Assembly (NCBI GenBank): GCA_041621915.1
Contig: JBFJZV010000001.1
Coordinates: 1-37,785 of the forward strand
Direction: 5' to 3'
Source: Acidimicrobiia bacterium
Lineage (GTDB): Bacteria > Actinomycetota > Acidimicrobiia > Spongiisociales > JAOTWH01
DNA length: 37,785 bases
Below, one piece after another: positions 24,143-31,148 of this stretch. The translations under genes were made by a program, and so were the position numbers. Each line of letters starts with the position of its first letter. The first letter of the stretch is position 1. Below the pieces are notes generated by a model. It did no database searches. It was not told the origin of the DNA and was given only the letters and a program-made list of their open reading frames with translations.

Positions 24143-26134
24143 TCACCGATCGAAGAACAGCACCGACTCGATCTCCACCTCCGGGTAGACGGTCTCGCAG
24201 GGGATCCCGTTCAGGTCGGCGTCCATCTGTGCCGGGCCGCCGTAGAACACCCAGTACGCCAGGGCGCTGATGAAGTCCCAGCCGCGGGCCTGCAGGTCGC
24301 GACAGAACAGCCCTGGAGGCTCGACCGTCGTGACGAAGTACTGGGTCTCGAGGTCGGTGATCGGGTAGACGGTCTCGCAGGGGACGCCGTCGAGGTCGGC
24401 GTCCATCCGATCCGGCCGTCCCTCGCGGACGTAGTACGACACGGCGGCCGAGTAGTTGAGGCCGCGGTCGGCCAGGTCGCGACAGAAGAGCCCCGGTGGC
24501 AGCGAGCTGTCAGGCGGCGGCGGGATGTCGATGACCATCGAGTAGGAGCCTCCCGTGCCCAGCGCGGCGACGCTGACCTGGTAGTCCTGCTCGAGCGTCA
24601 GCGGTCCGGCCACCAGCCCGTTGAGGCCGCTGGCCAGGGAGCCGTCGGCGAATCCCTCGACGCAAACCAGGAACGGCAGATCGGCTGCGCCCGGGTCGAG
24701 GGTCAGCGTCATGAACTGCCCGGGCAGCGCCCCGATCACGTATTGGTCGAGCCCGCCGGCGCCGAGCGACCCGTCCACCTCCCCGGCGGTGCCGCCGGGC
24801 GCGAACCGGATGCGCTCGCCTCCGGGGTCGAGCGGGTAGGCGAGGCAGGCCGCCTGGAGGTCGGCCGGGATCGTCCCCACGACGGCCTGGAGCGTCGTGT
24901 CGGGCGGCCTGGTCGTTGGCGGCGGGTTGGTGGTCGTCGTGGTGGCCGCCGTGGTGCCCGGCCCTCCGGTAGTCGGCGGCGGAGCGGTCTGGGTAGGCGG
25001 TGGCGGCTGGGTGAGGTTCGCGATGGTCGGCTCCGTACCGTTGCCGGCGAACGCGAAGAAGGCCCCGACGGCGGCGACGGCGGCGACGGCGGCGAGACCG
25101 AGCCCGGCGTACAGGCCCGTCCGCGAGCCCTGCGCGGGTGCCCGTTCCGGTGGCGGTGGAGGCGGTGGAGGCGGAGACGGCGGCACGGCGCGGGTCGCTC
25201 CTGCCCCGGCAGGCGGGCCACCGGCGGTCACGACCCTGGTCGTGTCGCCGACCGCGCCGGGCGTCCGCTCCCCTCGGAGCGCAGCGGCGAACGCTGCGGC
25301 CGACGGGGGACGCGCCCCCGCGTCCATCTCCATCGCCCACAGGATCGCCGCCTCCACATGGGGACTGAGGGTCGGGACGATCTGGCGGGGAAGCACGAGC
25401 TCGTGGCCCACGCCGCGGTCGATGGACCCCATCGGCATCTGCCCCGTCAACAGCTCGTAGAGCGTCGCGCCCAGCGCGTAGACGTCGATCGCGGGACCGA
25501 AGTGGCCCCGCTCGCTGTACTGCTCGATCGGCGCGTAGCCGGGACTCAACGTCTGCGACATGACCGATGAGCCCTCCCCGCCGAACTGGCGGGCGGTGCC
25601 GAAGTCGACGACCACCACGCTGCCGTCGTCGAGGACCAGCACGTTGTCGGGCTTGATGTCGCGGTGCAGCAGGCCCTCGCCGTGCACCGCTTCGAGGGCG
25701 TCGGCCACCTGGAGCACGTAGGCCACCGCCTGCTCCTCCTGGATCATGCCGCCAGCCATCCGGGTTACCTGGCGCAGGCTCCGCCCCTCGAGGTACTCCA
25801 TCACCATGTAGACGGTGTTGTTCTCGTCGAAGAACTCGAATACCTGCACGATCCCCGGGTGGCGGAACCTGGCGAGCGTGCGAGCTTCCTCGCGGAAGCG
25901 CTCCTTGCGGTCCCGGAACTGGTCGGCGATCGTCGGCGACGGCTGCACGGTGACGCCGGCCCGGGTGCTGCCGGCCAGGAAGAACTCCTTGATCGCCACC
26001 GGCCGGCCCAGCTTGGTGTCGGTGGCCCGGTAGGTGATGCCGAACCCGCCCTGGCCCAGCACCCGCTCCAGCACGTAGCGGCCGCCGTCGAGCGTCGTCT
26101 GCGGGCCGAGCGTGAACTGCTGCGGCGTCGTCAC
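24143..26134 (-). CDS. Transmembrane Hanks-type Ser/Thr protein kinase with extracellular beta-sandwich-like domain and two Excalibur-like Ca-binding repeats
   Basis: The GTG at 26134 has a GGGGGTGG RBS. Kinase motifs are GQGGFGITY, VAIKE, HRDIKPDNVLV, DFGTAR and SPGYAPIEQ. A poly-Pro linker and a TM helix (GLYAGLGLAAVAAVAAVGAFFAFAG, about 25043-25117) follow. The ectodomain has a Pro/Thr-rich linker and two copies of PPGLFCRDL...MDADL(D/N)G(V/I)PCETVYP, matching DxDxDGxxCE. Confidence 0.92.
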   Translation of the reverse strand: MTTPQQFTLGPQTTLDGGRYVLERVLGQGGFGITYRATDTKLGRPVAIKEFFLAGSTRAGVTVQPSPTIADQFRDRKERFREEARTLARFRHPGIVQVFEFFDENNTVYMVMEYLEGRSLRQVTRMAGGMIQEEQAVAYVLQVADALEAVHGEGLLHRDIKPDNVLVLDDGSVVVVDFGTARQFGGEGSSVMSQTLSPGYAPIEQYSERGHFGPAIDVYALGATLYELLTGQMPMGSIDRGVGHELVLPRQIVPTLSPHVEAAILWAMEMDAGARPPSAAAFAAALRGERTPGAVGDTTRVVTAGGPPAGAGATRAVPPSPPPPPPPPPERAPAQGSRTGLYAGLGLAAVAAVAAVGAFFAFAGNGTEPTIANLTQPPPPTQTAPPPTTGGPGTTAATTTTTNPPPTTRPPDTTLQAVVGTIPADLQAACLAYPLDPGGERIRFAPGGTAGEVDGSLGAGGLDQYVIGALPGQFMTLTLDPGAADLPFLVCVEGFADGSLASGLNGLVAGPLTLEQDYQVSVAALGTGGSYSMVIDIPPPPDSSLPPGLFCRDLADRGLNYSAAVSYYVREGRPDRMDADLDGVPCETVYPITDLETQYFVTTVEPPGLFCRDLQARGWDFISALAYWVFYGGPAQMDADLNGIPCETVYPEVEIESVLFFDR
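24182..24499 (-). repeat. Tandem intragenic duplication (period 180 nt) encoding the two Excalibur-like modules of the kinase
   Basis: Unit 24182-24319 and unit 24362-24499 are visibly similar at the DNA level. Compare gggtagacggtctcgcaggggatcccgttcaggtcggcgtccat with gggtagacggtctcgcaggggacgccgtcgaggtcggcgtccat, and the shared gtcgcgacagaa(c/g)agccc(t/c)gg(a/t)gg. Confidence 0.8.
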
Positions 26135-26179
26135 GTTGCCACCCCCATCCTGAGGCGCACCCTACCCCCGGGCGCGGGA

Positions 26180-26719
26180 TCAGTCCGGCTCGGGGCCGTC
26201 TTCGTGCTGCACCAGCAATCGGTGCAACGCATCGGTGAGCGCGTGCCGGTCGATGGGCTCGAGGCGGGCGAAGAAATCACGTTGAGAGCGGTGGAGAGCC
26301 CGGAAGGCTCGGTCGGCGACCCTGCGACCGGCGCCGGTCAGTGCGACTTGCCGCTTTCGCCCGTCCGACTTGTCTCCGTCCATGCGGATCAGCTGGTGTG
26401 CTTCGAGCCGCTTCAGGCGTCCCGTGATGCCGGCTTTCGTCACGTGCAGCCGCTTCGCCAGTGCTCCAGGGGTGACCGGCTTGCCACGGCGCCGGAGCAG
26501 CGACAGCACCTCGTAATCGCCGAAGTTGTCGAGGTGAGGGACATCCCGCAGGCTGCCGCGCAGGTGCTCTTCGAGCAGGATGCAGGCGCGGCGCAGCCGC
26601 AGGGTCGCCTCCAGCGCCGACACGTCCACCTCGTCTGGCATCAGTCGTTGCCAGGCGAACACGGCCTCGGCCGTGTAGTCGGTATCGGGCTCTGGTCGCA
26701 AGGTCCTGGTCGAGACCAT
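26180..26719 (-). CDS. MarR-family transcriptional regulator
   Basis: The ATG at 26719 lies 5 nt after AGAGGGG; the alternative GTG is at 26725. The winged-HTH is VTPGALAKRLHVTKAGITGRLKRLEAHQLIRMDGDKSDGRKRQVALTGAGRR. It ends 45 nt upstream of the kinase gene on the same strand. Confidence 0.88.
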   Translation of the reverse strand: MVSTRTLRPEPDTDYTAEAVFAWQRLMPDEVDVSALEATLRLRRACILLEEHLRGSLRDVPHLDNFGDYEVLSLLRRRGKPVTPGALAKRLHVTKAGITGRLKRLEAHQLIRMDGDKSDGRKRQVALTGAGRRVADRAFRALHRSQRDFFARLEPIDRHALTDALHRLLVQHEDGPEPD

Positions 26720-26740
26720 GTGCACCCCTCTTGGATCCTC

Positions 26741-26780
26741 TTGACAATGGATCGTACGTTAACTAACTTTTATGGTTAGT
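26741..26780 (+). promoter_or_regulatory. Candidate sigma-70-type promoter (TTGACA-17-TAACTT) overlapped by an inverted repeat (possible MarR operator)
   Basis: TTGACA lies at 26741-26746, then a 17-nt spacer, then TAACTT at 26764-26769. The inverted repeat is AACTAAC (26761-26767) / GTTAGT (26775-26780) with a 7-nt AT-rich spacer. This is the most AT-rich stretch of the window and lies immediately upstream of the divergent marR. Confidence 0.35.
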
Positions 26781-26821
26781 GCGCTTACAAACAGAGCGGG
26801 ACCTACGGGCACGTCGGCTGG

Positions 26822-26992
26822 GTGACGGCGGTTCGTCGGGACGGCGGGAAGTTGCTCATCGACTTCGTCGACATGAACGGCGGGACCTACCTCGCCGGAA
26901 CCGATGCGAAGACGACCGACTTCGGGGTCTTCAAGAACCGCACGAGGACCTGGGACCCGTCCATCCACCGCTTCATCCTCGCTACCCCCTGA
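26822..26992 (+). CDS. Small orphan ORF (56 aa) or 3' remnant of a truncated gene
   Basis: Not in the track (<60 aa). GTG 26822 gives VTAVRRDGGKLLIDFVDMNGGTYLAGTDAKTTDFGVFKNRTRTWDPSIHRFILATP. GC3 is high. The coding-like frame continues upstream (AYKQSGTYGHVGW) to a TAG at 26777-26779 with no canonical start, which suggests truncation. A perfect hairpin follows. Confidence 0.3.
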   Translation: MTAVRRDGGKLLIDFVDMNGGTYLAGTDAKTTDFGVFKNRTRTWDPSIHRFILATP

Positions 26993-27006
26993 TCCGCCCC
27001 AGCACC

Positions 27007-27031
27007 GAGCGGCCGGCCCTGCCGGCCGCTC
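27007..27031. terminator. Perfect 11-bp stem / 3-nt loop hairpin between convergent genes (candidate bidirectional terminator)
   Basis: gagcggccggc (27007-27017) and gccggccgctc (27021-27031) flank the loop cct. The hairpin lies 15 nt after the small ORF stop and 9 nt beyond the DUF1059 gene stop. There is no U-tract, which is common in high-GC actinobacteria. Confidence 0.5.
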
Positions 27032-27039
27032 GCCCGCGT

Positions 27040-27192
27040 TCAGTCGGGCTCGGGCCGGGCCAATGCGAGGACCCGCTCGCGGGTCGTCTCCATGTTGTGC
27101 ACGTCGCGGCCGTGAGCCTGGGTCTCGGCCACCACCTCGTCCTCGGGACCGGACGCCTGCCACCCGCACACGCACGTCACCTCGATCGTCAT
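27040..27192 (-). CDS. DUF1059-like small metal-binding protein (50 aa)
   Basis: The ATG at 27192 follows an AGGAGG RBS. The product is MTIEVTCVCGWQASGPEDEVVAETQAHGRDVHNMETTRERVLALARPEPD, with the CxC...H...H pattern. Its start overlaps the stop of the upstream gene (ATGA at 27189-27192). Confidence 0.7.
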   Translation of the reverse strand: MTIEVTCVCGWQASGPEDEVVAETQAHGRDVHNMETTRERVLALARPEPD

Positions 27193-27692
27193 GTCGCCTC
27201 CTGCTTCTGGAGCTGCTCGAACGGCGCCGGAACGTAGCCGCGGAGCACGGCGTGCCAACCTTCGTCGAGCGCTTCCGCCACCACTTCGTCTTCCTGCGCC
27301 AGCCACGCCAGGTGCCGCAGCGCGTGCTCCAGCACTTGTGTCGAGCCGATCACGGCCGGGGCTCGGGTCGCCCCGCTGCGGGCCAGCTCGGCACGCCCGA
27401 TGGGCAGCCCCGCCGTCACAGCGGACGGCGGGATCACCGCCAGGAAGGTCAACACCACCGACCCATGGTCCCACCGCCACGACGTCGAGTGGAACAGCGC
27501 CAGGTCGGGGAGCGCCCGCTCGACCACCGCCCGCACCTCGTCCATCGGGTGGCTGCCGCCGTGGGTCTGCACGTGCCAGGCCTGGGGGCCGTCGGGCCCG
27601 GTGAGCACGATGCCACCATCGGCGCACGCCACGACGAACACCTCGGCCCGCACCGGGCCCTCGACGTCGAACGGCAGTCCCATCCCGCTCAT
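27189..27692 (-). CDS. Hypothetical protein (167 aa)
   Basis: The ATG at 27692 gives MSGMGLPFDVEGPVRAEVFVVACADGGIVLTGPDGPQAWHVQTHGGSHPMDEVRAVVERALPD.... Third positions are GC-rich. I do not recognise a family. It is translationally coupled to the DUF1059 gene. Confidence 0.65.
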   Translation of the reverse strand: MSGMGLPFDVEGPVRAEVFVVACADGGIVLTGPDGPQAWHVQTHGGSHPMDEVRAVVERALPDLALFHSTSWRWDHGSVVLTFLAVIPPSAVTAGLPIGRAELARSGATRAPAVIGSTQVLEHALRHLAWLAQEDEVVAEALDEGWHAVLRGYVPAPFEQLQKQEAT

Positions 27693-27759
27693 CGTACGTG
27701 AGCCGCCGGCGCGGTCACCGCTACAGTGAGCGGCGCCTCCCCTGCACCCTCGTCCAGCC

Positions 27760-28497
27760 ATGACCCTCACCTCCTACCAGCGCGGCACCGTGTTCGCGAG
27801 CCGCTACGGCAGCGGCCAGGTCCCCCGCGTCCTGGCGCTGCATGGCTGGGGTCGGGACCGCACCGACTTCGACGCCGTGCTCGCCGGGTGGGATGCCGTG
27901 GCGCTCGACCTGCCCGGCTTCGGCGTCTCGCCGGCGCCGCCGGAGGCCTGGACGCCTCGTGACTACGCCGAGCGGACGGTGGCCCCGATCCTGGCCGGCC
28001 TGCCGGAGCCGGTGATCGTCGTCGGCCACTCGTTCGGCGGGCGGGTCGCCGTCCACGCCGCGGTCGCGGCACCCGAGCAGGTGGCCGGGCTCGTGCTGGT
28101 CGGCGTGCCGCTGCTGCGACACCGCGCACCCGGGAAGTCCCCGCGCAGCTACCGCATGGTCCGCGCCCTGCATCGCCTGGGGCTGGTGTCCGACGATCGC
28201 ATGGAGGCAGCCCGCCGCCGCCACGGGTCGCCCGATTACCGGGCGGCATCCCCCTTGATGCGTCAGGTGCTCGTGCACGCCGTGAACGAGACCTACGAGG
28301 AGCCGCTCGCCCAGGTCGGCTGCCCCTCCGAGCTGCTGTGGGGCGAAGACGACCGGGAGGTGCCGGTGGCAGTCGCCGAGGCGGCCCATCGCCTGATGCC
28401 GCTCGCCCGGCTCACCGTCGTGGTGGGCGCCGGGCATCAGCTTCCGGTGACCCACCCGGAGGCGGTGCGCGCCGCCGTCGAGCGGGTGGCGGCGTGA
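27760..28497 (+). CDS. Alpha/beta-fold hydrolase
   Basis: Starts at ATG 27760. The HGWG oxyanion region, the nucleophile elbow GHSFGG (VVGHSFGGRVAV) and the C-terminal GAGHQLP (catalytic His) are present. The stop overlaps the next gene's GTG (GTGA at 28494-28497). Confidence 0.85.
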   Translation: MTLTSYQRGTVFASRYGSGQVPRVLALHGWGRDRTDFDAVLAGWDAVALDLPGFGVSPAPPEAWTPRDYAERTVAPILAGLPEPVIVVGHSFGGRVAVHAAVAAPEQVAGLVLVGVPLLRHRAPGKSPRSYRMVRALHRLGLVSDDRMEAARRRHGSPDYRAASPLMRQVLVHAVNETYEEPLAQVGCPSELLWGEDDREVPVAVAEAAHRLMPLARLTVVVGAGHQLPVTHPEAVRAAVERVAA

Positions 28498-29999
28498 CCG
28501 CTGTGCTGCTCGCCGTCGTGACGCTGGCTGGGGCCGCCCCGGCGGCATTGCGGTGGTTGAGGGTGGCGCAGCGTGAGCACTACCTGGCCGGCAGCGGGCT
28601 CCGGTTCGCGGCCCGCTGGGCGCGCAGCGGGCCACCCAACGGGATGCTGGTGGCCGCCATCGCCGCCGACGTCGTGGTGGCGTTCTGGGTGCCACTCGTG
28701 GCGCTCGCGGGGACCGCGCTGCTGGCGATCTGGCCCGTGGGGTTGTCGCTGCGGGGCCGCACGTCGCCGCTGCGATGGACGGCCCGGCTGCGCCGGCTGG
28801 CCGGGGGCGTCGCCGTGCTGTACGGCGCAGCCGTGGGACTTGCCCTGGCCGCCGGCGCCCCGGTGGCGCTGTCGCTCGCGGCGGCGTTCGCCATGCCGGC
28901 GCTGGTCGACCTGGCCCTGGCCGCGCTCCAACCGGTGGAGCACCGGCTGGCGTCGAAGTGGGTCGACCGGGCGCGCCGGAGGCTGGCGGAGGTTGCCCCG
29001 CTCGTGGTGGCGATCACCGGCTCGTACGGCAAGACCACGACCAAGGAGTACGTCCGCCACCTGCTGGCTGGCACACATGCCGTGGTGGCCAGCCCGGCCA
29101 GCTTCAACAACCGCCTCGGGCTGGCCCGTACCGTCAACGAGCAGCTGGCGCCGGGGACGCAGGTGCTCGTCGCCGAGATGGGCGCGTACCGCCGCGGCGA
29201 GATCGCCGAGATGTGCGCATGGGTCCGGCCCCGAATCGGCGTCATCACCGCGTTGGGACCCGTCCACCTGGAGCGGTTCGGCAGCCTGGAGAACGTAGCG
29301 GCCGCCAAGGCCGAGATCCTCGACGGTGCAGAGGTGGCGGTCCTCAACGTCGACCATCCGGAGCTGGCCGAGCTGGCCGGCCGGCTGCCCGGCGGGACGC
29401 GGGTGTACCGCTGCTCTGCGGCCGATCCGACAGCCGACGTGGCGGTGATCGGTGGCGAGGTACACGTCTCGGGCCGCCGGCTGGGCACGGTCGAGGGCGA
29501 CGGCGCCCACCCGGGCAACGTCGCCTGCGCAGTGGCCGCGGCGCTGGCGTGCGGAGTGCCGGAGGGCATGCTGGCGGGCCGCCTGGCCGGCCTACCCCAT
29601 CCCGATCATCGGGCGAGCGTGGTCACCGGCGGCAATGGCGTGCTGATCATCGACGACACCTACAACTCCAACCCGGCCGGCGCGAAGGCCGCCCTCGACC
29701 TGGTTGCGTCGCTCTCCGGGCCCGACGCCCGCAGCGTGGTGGTGACCCCCGGCATGGTGGAGCTGGGACCCCGCCAGCACGACGAGAACGTGGCGTTCGC
29801 CAAGGAGGCCGCCGGCGTGGCCGACGATCTCGTCGTGGTGGGGCGCACCAACCGGGGTGCACTGCTGGAGGGTGCCGGCGGCGCGGTGGCCGTCACCGTG
29901 CTCGACGACCGGGATGCGGCCGTGGCGTGGGTCGGCAGGGAGGTCGGCGCCGGCGACGTGGTCCTGTACGAGAACGACCTGCCCGACCATTATCCGTGA
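28494..29999 (+). CDS. MurF-type Mur ligase (UDP-MurNAc-tripeptide--D-Ala-D-Ala ligase-like) with an N-terminal polytopic membrane domain
   Basis: Starts at GTG 28494. The first ~170 aa are hydrophobic with about 5 TM helices (VLLAVVTLAGAAPAAL, MLVAAIAADVVVAFWVPLVALAGTALLAIWPVGL, GGVAVLYGAAVGLALAAGAPVALSLAAAFAMPALVDLALAAL). Then come the Mur ligase P-loop TGSYGKTT (29016-29039), EMGAYRRGEI, and DDTYNSNP (29652-29675), which is characteristic of MurF. Confidence 0.85.
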   Translation: MTAVLLAVVTLAGAAPAALRWLRVAQREHYLAGSGLRFAARWARSGPPNGMLVAAIAADVVVAFWVPLVALAGTALLAIWPVGLSLRGRTSPLRWTARLRRLAGGVAVLYGAAVGLALAAGAPVALSLAAAFAMPALVDLALAALQPVEHRLASKWVDRARRRLAEVAPLVVAITGSYGKTTTKEYVRHLLAGTHAVVASPASFNNRLGLARTVNEQLAPGTQVLVAEMGAYRRGEIAEMCAWVRPRIGVITALGPVHLERFGSLENVAAAKAEILDGAEVAVLNVDHPELAELAGRLPGGTRVYRCSAADPTADVAVIGGEVHVSGRRLGTVEGDGAHPGNVACAVAAALACGVPEGMLAGRLAGLPHPDHRASVVTGGNGVLIIDDTYNSNPAGAKAALDLVASLSGPDARSVVVTPGMVELGPRQHDENVAFAKEAAGVADDLVVVGRTNRGALLEGAGGAVAVTVLDDRDAAVAWVGREVGAGDVVLYENDLPDHYP

Positions 30000-30018
30000 G
30001 CCATCGACGAGGAGCCCT

Positions 30019-31119
30019 GTGACCCAACCTGCGATTGTCTTCGGCGGACCGTCCCCGGAGCACGACGTCAGCATCTTGACCGCGCTCCAGTGCGCGCGGG
30101 CGCTCGTCAACGCCTCCGTGGACGTCACCGCGATCTACTGGACCAAGACCGGCGACTGGTTCGAGGTCGACCCCGGCCTGGAAGGCGCCGACTTCGCCGA
30201 GGGCCCGCCCCGCAAGGCTCGGCCCCTGCGGTTCGAGATCGGGCCAGGCGGCGGCTTCTTCGCCAAGCGCAAGCGGCTCGACGCCGGCGTCGTCGTCAAC
30301 TGCTGCCACGGCGGCCCCGGCGAGGACGGCACGCTGCAGGCCGCGTTCGATCTCGCCGGCCTCCGCTACACCGGGCCAGCGATGACCGACGCCGCACTCG
30401 CGATGGACAAGCTCGCCTTCGGTGCCGTCATGGCGCAGGCGGGGTTGCCGACGATCCCCCGGGAGGCACTGGATCCGGAGGGCTTGGAGCCGCCCGACTT
30501 CATGGCGCCGTACATCGTGAAGCCGCGGTTCGGCGGGTCGTCGATCGGCATCGAGGTGGTCGGCGACCACGAAACCGCCCGGGCGTTGGCCCGCACCTCG
30601 CAGCACCTGGCCGCCGGCGCCGTGATCGAGCCCTACCTGGCCGACAGTCGCGACGTGCAGATCGCGGTGCGGACGCACCCGGAGCTGGAGCTGTCGGCGA
30701 TCGAAGCCCCGCTGCGGGAGGCCGGCAAGCCGGAGATCTACTCGTATGCAGACAAGTACCTCGCCGGTGGCGAGGGGATGGTGAGCGCGGCCCGGGAGCT
30801 GCCGGCCAATCTCGAGCCTGCGGCTGAGCAGCGACTGCGCGAGCTGGCCGGCGACGTGGCCCGGGTCGCCGGGCTGCGATCGGTGGCCCGCATCGACTTC
30901 CTGCAGGACGGCGCCCGTCTGGTCGTCAACGAGGTCAACACGATCCCCGGCAGCATGGCCTCGTACCTGTGGCTCGACCCGGCGATCCCCCTCCACCGCC
31001 TGCTGGGCGACATGATCGACGAGGCCGCCGCCGGCCCGGCTCGCCGGTTCTCGGCGGCGGGTGCCGACGGCCGGGTGCTGCGCAGCGCGGCGAGCATCGC
31101 TCAGAAGCTCGGCGGCTGA
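30019..31119 (+). CDS. ddl: D-alanine--D-alanine ligase (ATP-grasp)
   Basis: The GTG at 30019 follows gacgaggag. (M)TQPAIVFGGPSPEHDVSILTA is a typical Ddl N-terminus. Also present are HGGPGEDGTLQAAFDLAGLRYTG, KPRFGGSSIGI and ARIDFL...VNEVNTIPGS. Confidence 0.9.
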   Translation: MTQPAIVFGGPSPEHDVSILTALQCARALVNASVDVTAIYWTKTGDWFEVDPGLEGADFAEGPPRKARPLRFEIGPGGGFFAKRKRLDAGVVVNCCHGGPGEDGTLQAAFDLAGLRYTGPAMTDAALAMDKLAFGAVMAQAGLPTIPREALDPEGLEPPDFMAPYIVKPRFGGSSIGIEVVGDHETARALARTSQHLAAGAVIEPYLADSRDVQIAVRTHPELELSAIEAPLREAGKPEIYSYADKYLAGGEGMVSAARELPANLEPAAEQRLRELAGDVARVAGLRSVARIDFLQDGARLVVNEVNTIPGSMASYLWLDPAIPLHRLLGDMIDEAAAGPARRFSAAGADGRVLRSAASIAQKLGG

Positions 31120-31148
31120 CCAACCAGGCCGCCGCGTAGGCTGCCCGC

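Noticed and set aside
25141-25180. GGN-type simple repeat (ggtggcggtggaggcggtggaggcggaga)
   Set aside because: It is not a CRISPR or regulatory repeat. It is the coding sequence of the poly-proline linker (PPSPPPPPPPPPPE) of the Ser/Thr kinase on the minus strand.
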